Below are positions 13,013 to 25,451 of a stretch of 64,000 bases of DNA, piece by piece (within the stretch, counting starts at the first letter, position 1; each line of letters begins with the position of its first letter). The DNA is from Eledone cirrhosa (lineage: Eukaryota): the NCBI GenBank assembly GCA_964016885.1, contig OZ024743.1, forward strand, positions 179,056,001-179,120,000, read 5' to 3'. The notes beneath the pieces are model-generated. The model saw nothing but the letters and a program-made list of their open reading frames with translations, searched no databases and was not told where the DNA came from. A program made the position numbers and the translations under genes.

Positions 13013-16000
13013 GATTTCATTTATTGGCCACAAGGGCCGACATATAGGGGACAATACAAAAGACTGGGACAGTGGGGTTTAACAGAAAAATCGAGTAAAC
13101 AATATGAATAAACAAAGTAACAATAACAAAGTAACAATAAAGTAACAAGAAAATTACAACAAGAAAACATTCCCTAATAGGGGGGATGACCACCTAGGGT
13201 GCGCTCAGGTACCCCACCAGTCCTGAACGACCCGACGCTTCGAGAGAACCCTGGAAGGGCACCCCCCCCTCCTCTTCAAATTTACCTACCTACAGCCACA
13301 TGACCAGAGTAGGCCCACTCACACGGGCCATTCTCGCCAGATTCACCCACCTTTCAGCAAATTTACTGGGGGGGGGGAGCACATCTCTCTCCACCCTCAC
13401 CTTCCTTTCCAAGTGAAACTTGAAAAAGTTGATGAGGGATTGGCCGAAAGAAGGCGGCGGGTCGATCTTAACTATGGACTCGGCCGATAGCCGGATCCGT
13501 TCTATACGCGACAACAGCTGTTCAACATAACTCCACAAGTCAGTAATGCACGGACACTGGACGAGTGCGTGCAGAACGGTTTCGTCGCTCTGCGCGCATC
13601 TCGGGCAGGTCAGTCTGACAGCACTTCCGTGCCTGTAGAGGTTATCTCGAACCGGTTGTGCCCCCCGGTAGCACTGCCAAGCGAGGGATTTTTGGAAATC
13701 ATCCATCGTCCCCGGCTCGAAAGTCCTCCGGTACAGACTGGTTAGTTCGACTTCGTTGACTCCCAGAGCCTCTCCGAGCGCGTCGTCGCACTTGCCCACC
13801 ACTAATCCTCTATAGAACTCGAGAGTGGAAGTTCCACTGACCGCATTGCCCGCCTGGTAGAGGACAGTGAGTGCCTGGCAACATTCCAGATGCCAGTCAA
13901 CCAGTCTCGGTCTCTACTTGACCCAGGACTGCAACTCAGTCAAAGAAACGAGCTGCGGAAAGGCCCGTCTGACAAACGGCGACCAAACCTGTTCACCGTT
14001 TAGGCAGAATATCTGGAGATGCCGCAGCCTTTGCGCGTGCCTGCGGATCATTAGCCACGGCATGTCCAGCCCTCCACCTAGAGGGTGCTGGCAGCAGATG
14101 GACCGCCTCACCAGCGGAACCTGACCCCTCCACAAGAATTTGAAGAGGAGCCGCTCAAAGATGGCGTGGCGCGAACGGGGGCAAGGGACGACAGTTAGAC
14201 GGAAGTAGATGACGCCATCTCCGCCCGACCTATCAGTGATAGCTTCATCCCAGCCCATTTCTGGGTGAATATGACTACCCTGCCCGTTACCTCGTCCCAA
14301 TTCTTATCCACCTGGAGGTCTGGCCCGAACCAAAGCCCTAGCAACTTTACCGGTCCGTCCGTCCAGCGCCTAACGACGCTATTGGACGGCATGGACTTGC
14401 CTCTCCAGGTGCCGTGTTGCAAGCCTACTGACTTTTCCGGGTTAAGTTTTGCTCCCGTTAACCTTTCATATTCCTCCAATAAGTTGCCGACCACCTCGAT
14501 TTCTGAGGTGTCCGACACCCTCACGGTGATGTCGTCCGCATAAGCCGACACAGCCTTTCCGCGTCCCGGTTCGAGCGGGATGCCCTGCAACAGCTCCATC
14601 TTCCGCAGTAAAGGCTCGAGAGTCAATATGTACAGAAGGGAGGAGAGAGGGCACCCTTGACGGACCGATCGGGAGACCTGAAACGGTTCCGAGAGGTGGC
14701 CATTAATTTTGACCATCGAGCAGGTGCCGCTGTGCATTGCAGCGATCCAGCTTCTGAAGACGGGACCGAAGCCAGCCGCCTTGAGGACAGCCTCCAGGTA
14801 CCGATGGTCGACCCTATCGAATGCTTTCGATTGATCTAAATTGATCAGAGCCCCACCGAAGCCAGGTTTACACCCTACCCTCTCTATAATGTATCGCATT
14901 AGGTGGAGGTTGTCGTGTATGGACCTGGTTGGGATTGCGCAAGTTTGCGCCTCCCCAACCAAATCCCCGACGACAAGCGCCAACATCTTCACTAATACCC
15001 TGGCCAAAATCTTAAACTCTGTGTTGAGCAGAGTTATGGGCCTGAAATTGTCTAAATGTGTCCCTCTTGTTCTCGTCTTTCCTTATCAGCGTCACTACGC
15101 CCTCACAGAACTGGGAATACTCCCGTTTTGCTGCCAGTTGCAGTAGAGCGCTTCGAGGAGATTGGAGAATAAGTCTGGCATATTTACGTAAATCTCGTAG
15201 GGCAGACCATCCAAACTGGGTGACTTGCGCCTCATGCAGCCTACAAGGGTATCCTGAATCTTGGCTGAAGTAATTGGCCTTTCGCAGCGCCTAGCGTCAG
15301 CCGTCGAGAGTTGCGGCAAGCCATCGAGGTAGGAACTGAAGTCCGCCACCATCTCTGACCCGCCACTTCCTCCGAACAACCGAGCAAAATGTTGGCGAAA
15401 GGCCTCACACATCCTCTTGGAATCGCTCAGCTCGAGCCCGTCTCGGTCCGTCAAAGACCGAATCGTGGTTTTATTACCACGCTGCGCCTCTGCCACGCGG
15501 GCCCATCGAACAGCTTTGGTTCCCTCGTTTCTCAGAGCACGCGCCTTAGCTCTGACAATGCAACCTTCGTGTTTCGCATTGAAGAAGTGGTCTAATGCCA
15601 TTCTCGCCGCTAGCACATCAGTTGCAATGCCACTACCAATTGCCTCGTCTAACTTATCTACCACTCTCCCTCCTTTCTATTTTTGTCTAATGCTACTTCT
15701 TTGCTAAACTCTATCGACATTACTCTAATCTCTCTTTTGAGAGCCCCCCGCCATCTATTGTTGACGACTCCCCCTGTCAACTTTTTCTTAACTAAATTGT
15801 TGACCTGGTCCCTGTAAGCCTTACGTGCCGGAAATGACATGTTTAGCTTCCGGAAACCAGGTCCTAACCTACGCGTCTTATCTAGGTCGACCATGCAGAT
15901 CACCAACTTGTGATCTGAATAGGCGACCGTTTCAAAACGTGGACAGCTTACACTATTTCTGTCTATTTTCCTAATGAATATCCTGTCTATATACGATCTA

Positions 16001-18793
16001 GATGACCCTATGCGGTTAGCCCAGGTCCACACTGGCGCATTAGAGAAATCTAGTCGGTACCTGTCAGACATTTGGAACTGGCTAATCAGGTTCTTGAGGC
16101 TTTTGCACCCCCCGCTCCTATCGGATACTCCCACACAGTCCCAGCGTGCGTCTAAGATGCCGTTCCAGTCCCCTGCTAACAGTAAAGGGCGAGACGTACC
16201 CAGAAAGGCTTCCAGGCGTCTAAAAAATCCGGCCGTCCTGCCCCAGTAGGAGCATAGAGGGCCACCAGTCTAAAGGCACCACCTTCATTATTGTTCACGT
16301 CTAGGACCACCAACTTCCCGTCCGGGTCCCGGAAGATCGACCTCACCTCGAGATCCAGGCCTTTCCTAAACAGCACTGCCACTCCGCCTCCCATTCCCGG
16401 CTGGCTAACAGATGCAAAGATCTGATAGTCGTCGAAAATGGGGGCTAGTGCGCGCGTGTCGGAAATCCTGGCCTCGCTTCCTGCAATTACATCCATTTCT
16501 ATAGACCTGAGGTCGTTGAGCAGGTGACCCTGCTTCCAGGACGATCCCAGGCCTCGAACATTTAAACATCCTACTCTTAATACCGCCATGTTGGCAGGTT
16601 AAACAGAGAGAGAAGAAGGTTTACTTACCTTCCGGGCTCTTGTGAAGGTCGGGTTGTTCGACCTCCATAGTTAGTGGGGTTTCTTTTGGGAACCCCTTTA
16701 AAAGTCTTGAAGTGGGTTTTACGTTCGGGGTTCCCACGTCCCGAAGAAAGCTGTCACGTATTTCTTTGAATATGTCGAGCGACATTCGCACCAGAACCAA
16801 ATCTTCCGGCACGCGAAATGTGATCGATTTAAACATTTCCCCCTCCTTTTGTATATTTTCACTTCGTGCTACGAGGGCCATCAGTTCCTTGTTGGCCCTC
16901 CTGACGAGCACGAAGTTTTGTATGTTTTGTTGGTGTGATTTTATTTGTTTGCGTGGCTGTGGTGGTGATGGTTTTGGTGGTGTTGTTTCGGTTGTATCTG
17001 TGTTTGTTGTGAGTGCGATACCTGTGGTTTCAGATGTTTGTGTGTATATTTGTTCTTGCGTCTGTTTCGGTTGTTTGCGTTTGGGGGATTCTGGTGATGG
17101 TGATGGTGGTGTTGATGTTGGTGTTATTGGAGAAATGTTTGCGTGGGTGGTGTCTGCGTTTTTTATTGTGGGTGCTTTTGTGCTTTGTTGAGTTCTTTTT
17201 TTTCTTTTTGTGTTTCCTTTTTTGTATTTTGGGGGATTTGGGATTTCCCTCATTTTCACTACTGGTAGATGAGGGGTCTGTGTCTGTAAGTGTGTCTGTA
17301 TGTATGTTTAAGGTTTTATTGATCTGTGTATTTGGGGGGAGAGGGGGAATTTGACAGCTTTCCTCGTTTCCCCCCTGGGTGGTCAATGTTGGTGGTGGTC
17401 TTTCTATTGGTGTTGTTGTTGGTGGTTTTGCCGGTGCAGATGTTGGTTGTGGTCCTCGCCCCGGCGTCGGCAGCAGTGGACCCTTTCGACCCCTTGCTTC
17501 TTTCAGCAGTTGAGGGCAGAAGGCTCGTTTTTTCCCCACAAACAAAACACTTCGGCCTTTTGCCTTCGGTCATAATGTGAATGACAGTCCCATTCTGAAG
17601 GCGGATATGGTCTGGGATTGTCTTCACATTCTCGGGCCTGATCTGGAGAAGGATCTCCAGGTCAACCACGGAACAGTCCTCTCTGGCCGTTCTGGTCACT
17701 TCTATAGCGACTTAATCCGTCCCCTCAACAATCACACATCCCAGAAGCCACGACATGTCAAGTCCTGGTGGGATTCTGGGAATGCAGAGACGGGCCGTTC
17801 TTTTTCCCATGTGGGAGGGGTACATTATGACCTTACTGGTTTTGCAAGGAGTCATGGCGTGTTTTATAGCGAGGCCTTCTGACTTGAACAACACCGAAAT
17901 GGTGCCGTACTGTCTGCCCCTCTCTATGTACTGGGTGTCTTCTCTGATGCACCTCAGCGCGACTTCGATATCTTCTTCTGGGATTAACGCTGCCCTTTTG
18001 GTTTGTGCTGAGATGCATCTATAATGCACCGTTTTGCGCTCCACTGCTTCAATAGCTTCTACCGGGACAGTTAAGTTGGCCCAAGTTTGCTCTTGCTTGA
18101 TGAGCTTCCAGGCCTGGGCCAACTTTTCATCTTTGTTTGAGAGGTGCAGGCTGAAGCATGACCTCTTTTTTGCTGCTGCCGCAGCGAAAGTGGTCTTGTT
18201 TTCGTTGGGGGTGTTGTTGACGTTGTTCTTGTTGGTGTTGTTGTTAGCACTGTCGCTGTTATCATTGTTGTCTTTGTTGCCACCGTTGTTATCGGTGCAG
18301 TTGGTATTGTTGCTGTTGGTGTTGTCGCTATTTGTTTTCATGTTAGTGGTGTTGATATTGTTGTTGTATTTGTTATTTTATTTTTTGTTATCTGTATTTT
18401 CGTTGTCGCTGTTACTGTCATTTTTTTCAAAATTAGAGTTCTTATTGGTATCATTGGTGTCTTTGTTTACCTTGTTTGTGGTGGTGTTTGTGTTATCAAT
18501 GTGTGTTAATTTCGCTGTAGCGCTCCTCTCAACTTCTACGTCGTTGTCGCACGACAGCCGACATATCGCTGGGGGGCGTGGCTCAGCCTTGTTTTTTTTT
18601 CTTCGTAAATTTTTTAACATTTTTAACATTTATAAAAAAGTTCCAAAAGGCCCAAATATTATACTTTCCCCTTCACGGGGCAAAGTCTAAGGGCTTATAT
18701 CCCTTACACAACAAGAAATATTTAACAACAAATAATTTAAACAGGCAAATAAAGCCACTTACTGTGAGCGAGCAAAATACGTCCGCTTAGACC
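13013..18793 (-). mobile_element. Tx1 copy D, full length, divergent family, frameshifted
   Basis: ORF2 16589-13290 (CLNVRGL, SDH, YADD, CPRC..H..C); ORF1 ~18629-16621 (RPKCFVC); flanked by (AAT)n at 12986-13012 and 18794-18810. Confidence 0.9.
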
Positions 18794-18880
18794 AATAATA
18801 ATAATAATAAGTTAATATTAATAGTGGAATTTTTGAGGTTGACTCTTTATCACCGCTTTTATTCTGCATCGCACTTGGAA

Positions 18881-18912
<32 letters not shown>

Positions 18913-19209
18913 AAACTGATTAGCCTGCTCCTTTCATAATGTGTTATTCGATTTTGAGTGAGAGCAGTATGATTGAATGCTTAATAAGTTCGATTTGTAA
19001 TTATTAGGTCGTCTCGGGTTCAATCATATTTCATCGAATCTTGAACGATTATGATTTACCATAACCTCGGCTATGGCAATGTTTGAAATTGAGTAGAACT
19101 GGGTGGAAAACGATTGGATTGACTTTATCTGAAATCCCAAATCCCAACTCTGTCACATACACTCTGCAATGCTAAATAACCGAAATAATGAAGTGAAGGG
19201 TACACCTGT

Positions 19210-19474
19210 CTCTAGAAGGCCCTGCCCCTGATCCCAATTTTTTGGCTGTGAAGCGACTGAGAGTACAAGATTTCGCCCTGGACATGACGCCAGACCATCG
19301 TAAGGGTAAACCCCCAGTTATTGCTGTTATTCATTTCTAGTTGCGTATGCTGGCGCAACGTAAAATGAAATATTTTGCTCAATAATACAACACAACAACC
19401 CAGTCCAGGAATCGAACTCACAACATTATGATCGTAAATCCAACACCCTCACAACAACTAAACCACACACCTCC
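19210..19474 (-). mobile_element. tRNA-derived SINE with CORE-like body, decayed
   Basis: Minus strand: TGGTTTAGTTG A-box-like, GAGTTCGATTCC B box, then TTGAGCAAAATATTTCATTTTACGTTGC resembling the CORE domain (from memory). Confidence 0.55.
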
Positions 19475-20360
19475 ACTCTATATATATGAGGCCAGTTTAT
19501 ATCTTTGCTCAGCCGTTTCTCCTTTGTCCGATTTCTTGTCATTCTTCGTATTGAAGGTATTGAGAATGAAAGTGATGTGTATATGACATATAATGAAGGC
19601 AATAGTTTAAGAGAATGTATGTATGTATGTATGTATGTATGAATGTATGTATGTATGTATGTATGTATTTCTCGTTCAGCGCATCGGTAGGGGTTCTCCT
19701 ACATGGATATAAAGTAGTGGCCGTACTCGAAAACGAGTTGGCAGCCACCACCATGTATGTATGTATGTATGTATGTATGTATGTATGTATGTATGTATGT
19801 ATGTATGTCGGGTCACCCTTGAGTGCTACTGGTAACATGTAACCCAGTACAACCTGTCGCATGGTCGGGTCGTCGGCGACTAATCCGGCAAGCCCCACAA
19901 GTTTACTTGGTGAGGAGGGTGATTTTGGACACCCTGCAGGACAAAAAACAAAACCTGAAAATTGACGGAAGAACTCATAATTGTCAACGACCATCCAAAC
20001 GTGTGTAAATATGTATATACACATGTACATATGTATGTATATGTGTACATACATGGGTGCATGTGTATGTATATGCACGGGGACATAGAAATAGTCGGGC
20101 TGGACACCCGATCGCGTGGTTAAACCACTGGGAGTGAAGGACCACTAGCCTTTCTCAGGGCATTCTTCTAGGAGAAGGCAACTCAGGAAACTGGGATAAC
20201 TCCGCTATAAAACCTGCGGCTCAGTAGTTACCGATGATGTTGATCTTTTCTTCTTCTCGGGTTATAGGTACTGTCGCTCAGAGAGTGGATTAGCTAAATG
20301 CAGTCTTTTCTCACTTTAAAAAATATCTTCACGCACAGGCATTGTACGATAGAATTAATT

Positions 20361-20544
20361 AATTGTTTCTACTTTAGGCACAAGGCCAGCAATTACTCAG
20401 TGCATTACTGGTACTTTATTTTATCGACCCCGTAAGGATGAAAGGCAAAGTTAACCTCAGCGGGATTTGAACTCAGACCGTAAAGGGACGTAACTATGCT
20501 GGAAAGCAAGGCGTCCGACTCTCTACCGATACTGCCAATCCATC
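20361..20544 (-). mobile_element. tRNA-derived SINE (Meta/MESC-like central domain)
   Basis: A box TGGCAGTATCGG, B box GAGTTCAAATCC, GCCTTTCATCCTTACGGGGTCGATAAAAT domain, AT-rich tail. Confidence 0.8.
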
Positions 20545-20553
20545 AATAATTAA

Positions 20554-20745
20554 GGTGGATTGGCAGTATCGGTAGAGGGTCGGACGCCATGCTTTCCAGC
20601 ATAGTTACGTCCCTTTACGATCTGAGTTCAAATCCCGCCGAGGTTGACTTTGCCTTTCATACTTACGGGGTCGATAAAATAAAGTACCAGTAATGCACTG
20701 GGTTATTGCTGGCCTTGTACCTAAAGTAGAAACAATTAATTAATA
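20554..20745 (+). mobile_element. tRNA-derived SINE, same family, head-to-head with previous copy
   Basis: Same A/B boxes and central domain. Confidence 0.8.
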
Positions 20746-23442
20746 ATTATTAATTATTATTAATAATGGTATATTGTGCAATGACCATACTCGGTAACGA
20801 CGGGGCAGCCATCATGTATGTATGTATGTATGTATGTATGTATGTATGTATGTATGTATGTATGTATGTATGTATGTATGTATGTATGTATGTATGTATG
20901 TGTGGTCGGGTCGTTTGCGACTAAACTGGCAACCCCACCAAGGTTTCTTGGTGAGGAGGGTGACTTTGGACATCCTGCAGGACTAAAAACAAAACCTGTC
21001 AAAGGGCAAAAGAGCTCTTAAGAGTCAATGGCCATCCAAAATCACCGGGAGAGATGACCCCTTAGCCTTTGTCAAGGCAGAATTCTAGGAGAAGGAAAAC
21101 TCTGATATAACACCTGCAACCCTGATGGTATCCAATGATGTTGACTTGTTCTTCTTTTTGGTAAATATCATCTTGGTTAAGAGAGTGGGACTGGCTTTGT
21201 GCAGTGCCTTTGCTCACTATAAAAGCTTCACGGCACAGGCATTGCTTTATATCTGGAGATCTCTCTGCACTTGTCGTCACATGGTACCATGGGCCCAGCA
21301 CTATGTGTCAATAATTGTCACAGGTGTACTGTTTGTACCAGAGTTTTCAAGTCGCTGGCTGGACTAAAAAGTCACACTCGTTCAGCGCATCGGTAGGGGT
21401 TCTCCTACATGGATATAAAGTAGTGGCCTTACTTGAAAACGAGTTGGCAGCCCCCATGTATGTATGTATGTATGTATGTATGTATGTATGTATGTATGTA
21501 TGTATGTATGTATGTATGTATGTATTTATGTATGTATGTATGTCAGGGTAGCCATCATGTATGTATGTATGTACGAATGTATGTATGTCAGGTCACCAGT
21601 TGGTGCTACTGGTAACATGTATCCCAGTACAACCTGTTTCATGGTCGGGTCGTTGGCGACTAAACTGGCAACCCCACCAAGGTTTCATGGTGAGTAGGGT
21701 GACTTTGGACATCCTGCAGGACTAAAAACAAAACCTGTCAAAGGGCAAAGGAGCTCTTAAGAATCAATGGCCATCCAAAATCACTGGGAGAGATGACCCC
21801 TTAACCTTTGTCAAGGCGGAATTCTAGGAGAAGGAAAACTCTGATATAACACCTGCAACTCTGATGGTATCCAATGATGTTGACTTGTTCTTCTTTTTGG
21901 TAAATATCATCTTGGTTAAGAGAGTGCCTTTGCTCACTATAAAAGCTTCACGGCACAGGCATTGCTTTATATCTGGAGATCTCTCTGCACTTGTCGTCAC
22001 ATGGTACCATGGGCCCAGCACTATGTGTCAATAATTGTCACAGGTGTACTGTTTGTACCAGAGTTTTCAAGTCGCTGGCTGGACTAAAAAGTCACACTCG
22101 TTCAGCGCATCGGTAGGGGTTCTCCTACATGGATATAAAGTAGTGGCCTTACTTGAAAACGAGTTGGCAGCCCCCATGTATGTATGTATGTATGTATGTA
22201 TGTATGTATGTATGTATGTATGTATGTATGTATGTATGTATGTATTTATGTATGTATGTATGTCAGGGTAGCCATCATGTATGTATGTATGTACGAATGT
22301 ATGTATGTCAGGTCACCAGTTGGTGCTACTGGTAACATGTATCCCAGTACAACCTGTTTCATGGTCGGGTCGTTGGCGACTAAACTGGCAACCCCACCAA
22401 GGTTTCATGGTGAGTAGGGTGACTTTGGACATCCTGCAGGACTAAAAACAAAACCTGTCAAAGGGCAAAGGAGCTCTTAAGAATCAATGGCCATCCAAAA
22501 TCACTGGGAGAGATGACCCCTTAACCTTTGTCAAGGCGGAATTCTAGGAGAAGGAAAACTCTGATATAACACCTGCAACTCTGATGGTATCCAATGATGT
22601 TGACTTGTTCTTCTTTTTGGTAAATATCATCTTGGTTAAGAGAGTGCCTTTGCTCACTATAAAAGCTTCACGGCACAGGCATTGCTTTATATCTGGAGAT
22701 CTCTCTGCACTTGTCGTCACATGGTACCATGGGCCTAGCACTATGTGTCAATAATTGTCACAAGTGTAGGGTTTGTACCAGAGTTTTCAAGTCGCTGGCT
22801 GGACTAAGAAGTCACACTCGTTCAGCGCATCCTACATAGATATAAAGTAGTGGCCGTACTCGAAAACGAGTTGGCAGCCACCATGTGTGCTGTATGTATG
22901 TATGTATACATATATGTATGCATGTAGTCATATGCAGTCAACAATTCATATACATTAGCCAATGTATTACACGCATAGTAGTTACCTTATTGTTAAGGTA
23001 TCTATAGAAGTAAAGAGTGATTGTGATGTAAAGATTAAGGAACGTTCTGTGGGTTTGTGGTTCTGTATTCAACTCTTCCTTTGGGAGAGTTAGAGATAGA
23101 AGGGAGTCCTCATCGAGAAGAATATATGATTCTAATCCGCTTAATGCAAGAGAAATCTGGATTATATTCTGACCAAGTGGACAACGAATATCGGTGAAAG
23201 AATTAAATTTGAATTTTTAATGAAGGGATTATTAATAACATGCATGTAATTCTATGGTAGTGCATGTCTTTCTGTCTGTTAATGTGGTTACTGTTATTCT
23301 TTTGTGCATATGGTTATTTGTGTAGAGACGAGATTAATACTAAGGGAGAGTTGAGAGGGAAAGACAGTAAGGAAAAAGAGAGAGTACGGGAGACATAGCA
23401 GATACACAGAGAGAGGAAGAGAGAGCGAAAGAGAGGGGGGAA

Positions 23443-23497
<55 letters not shown>

Positions 23498-23588
23498 GGT
23501 CGTCAAGTATGAAATTTGTAGAAATTTATAGATAAAACAAATTCCTACAAATTTCATACTTGACAACCCAATATCGGTCTCCTCCCCC

Positions 23589-23691
<103 letters not shown>

Positions 23692-24222
23692 TGAGAGAGT
23701 GAGATAGAGAGGATGAGAGAGAGAAGAGAGTAAGAGAGAAAGTGGCGGCTGAGATAACGTGGAACGCTGTTTCTGAATTTAGTTTGTTTGATCTCATTTA
23801 TTGTTGTTGGTATTTAGATTTCATTTATATGTTGAATAATACTTTCTACTACAAAGGACACGTGACTTAGTGTTTAACATGTTTGGTTGACAATTGTAAG
23901 GCCATGAGTGGGGTTACTGGTGCTGCGTAGTGTCCTTGCGCAACACACATACTTCAAATACTTCGCGTCACTCAGCTGGCAAAGGATGTGTTGCACCTCT
24001 AAATTCAAAGGGTTTCCTTGTCACTATATTTTCTTGATAATTACGTTGAGAATATACGTGTCTGTGGTTTGCTCAATCATATGCACGGTAATTTCACAAG
24101 AAAATGGTCCCGTTGGTCGAACTACAAGGACACCCATCGTGGAATAGATGCATGTACAAATGTATGTGTGTATGGTGTGGTATGGTGTGGTGTGGTGTGG
24201 TGTGTGTATGTGTCTATGTACC

Positions 24223-24267
<45 letters not shown>

Positions 24268-24334
24268 TTTCTGAATTTGTTTAGCAAGATTCTTTATCTG
24301 AAAACGTGTGTTGAAACCGGTATATATATATATA

Positions 24335-24376
<42 letters not shown>

Positions 24377-24407
24377 CGCGTGTGTGTGCGTGTGCGTGTG
24401 TGTGTGC

Positions 24408-24697
24408 AATATGATCAAGGTACTAGATAACTCTAGGCAGGACGTGTTAAAATAGAAAAGAAAAACATTTATTATACACGTGTTTCAATGCAGTTATGCA
24501 ATCGCCTACAAAAGTTGAATTATTACAAACTTCATAATCCAATATCTCGCACTACGTAGTTTAAATCTGCATTCGACCAGAGAGTTACGATAGCAGAACT
24601 GCATTGATACACGTGTTGGTGACCCTATTGTATAATTAATGATTCTTCTAATTTCAGCTAGTCTTGCCTAGTTTTTCAATAGTACTCTGTTTCATAT
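24408..24697. mobile_element. Decayed MITE-like element with imperfect terminal inverted repeats
   Basis: ATATGATCAAGGTACTAG..CTAGGCAGGAC vs GTCTTGCCTAG..AGTACTCTGTTTCATAT; inner IR CACGTGTTTCAATGCAGTT / AACTGCATTGATACACGTG. Confidence 0.4.
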
Positions 24698-24923
24698 TCA
24701 ATTACAATTTGAAGGAAGCGGGAAATTAATAAAGGAGGAATTAATAAAGTGTAGGACTGTCTAAACTATTATCTCTTTTAGGGGTGGTGGGACTGGGATG
24801 GGACAGGAGGGCCATGCCCACCCCAATAATTATATTTTTCTCTTCAAACTACCAAAACATACATCTATTTGTATATGCGCTACAATGTATGTACATGTTA
24901 TGTACAGGCAGATGGGGGGGGGG

Positions 24924-24959
<36 letters not shown>

Positions 24960-25450
24960 AGATATTGATATAGAGATGGGGAGAGTTTGGTGGTAATTGA
25001 TATAGAGAGGAAGAGTGGAAGAGTGTTTTGTATATTAGATATAGATGGGGGGGGGGGGGATTGATGTTTATTGATAAAGAGAGAGGAATTTGAAAAGAAT
25101 TCCGTGTAGTAGATATACAGAGGAGGAGAGTTTGGCGTTGATTGATATAAAGAGGTGGATTGGAAGAGAGTTCCGTATAGCAGATATATAGAGGGGGATG
25201 GTTTGTTATTACATGATATAGAGAGGGAGTTTAGAAAAGAATTCTGTATAGTAGATATAGGGAGAGGGAGAGTTTGGCGCTAATTGATATGTAGAGGGGG
25301 ATTGGAAGAGAGTTCCGTTCAGTAGCTATAGACAGGGGGAGAGTTTGTTGTTAATTGATATAGAGGGGGATTGGAAGAGAATGTTGTAAGGTTGTTGTAG
25401 AGAGGGCGAGAGTTTAGTGGTAATGAATACAGTGAGAGTATTGATAGATA
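24960..25450. repeat. Degenerate purine-rich minisatellite (GATATAGAGAGGGG..GGAAGAGAGTTCCG), resumes at 31140-31420
   Basis: Recurrent motif on both sides of Tx1 copy E. Confidence 0.65.
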
Positions 25451-25451
25451 T

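Larger units (their letters stand above)
19669..22884 (+). mobile_element. Cluster of non-autonomous LINE(RTE)-like elements with (ATGT)n tails; units ~19808-20345, 20901-21456, 21588-22176, 22308-22884, plus 3' fragment 19669-19753
   Basis: Repeated ~590-bp non-coding unit; CTAGGAGAAGGAAAACTCTG motif reminiscent of RTE 5' UTRs; 3' stem-loop ACTCG-AAAA-CGAGT shortly before (ATGT)n. Confidence 0.6.

Noticed and set aside
20554-20640. tRNA gene
   Set aside because: A/B boxes belong to a SINE head; no cloverleaf, and it continues into the SINE body
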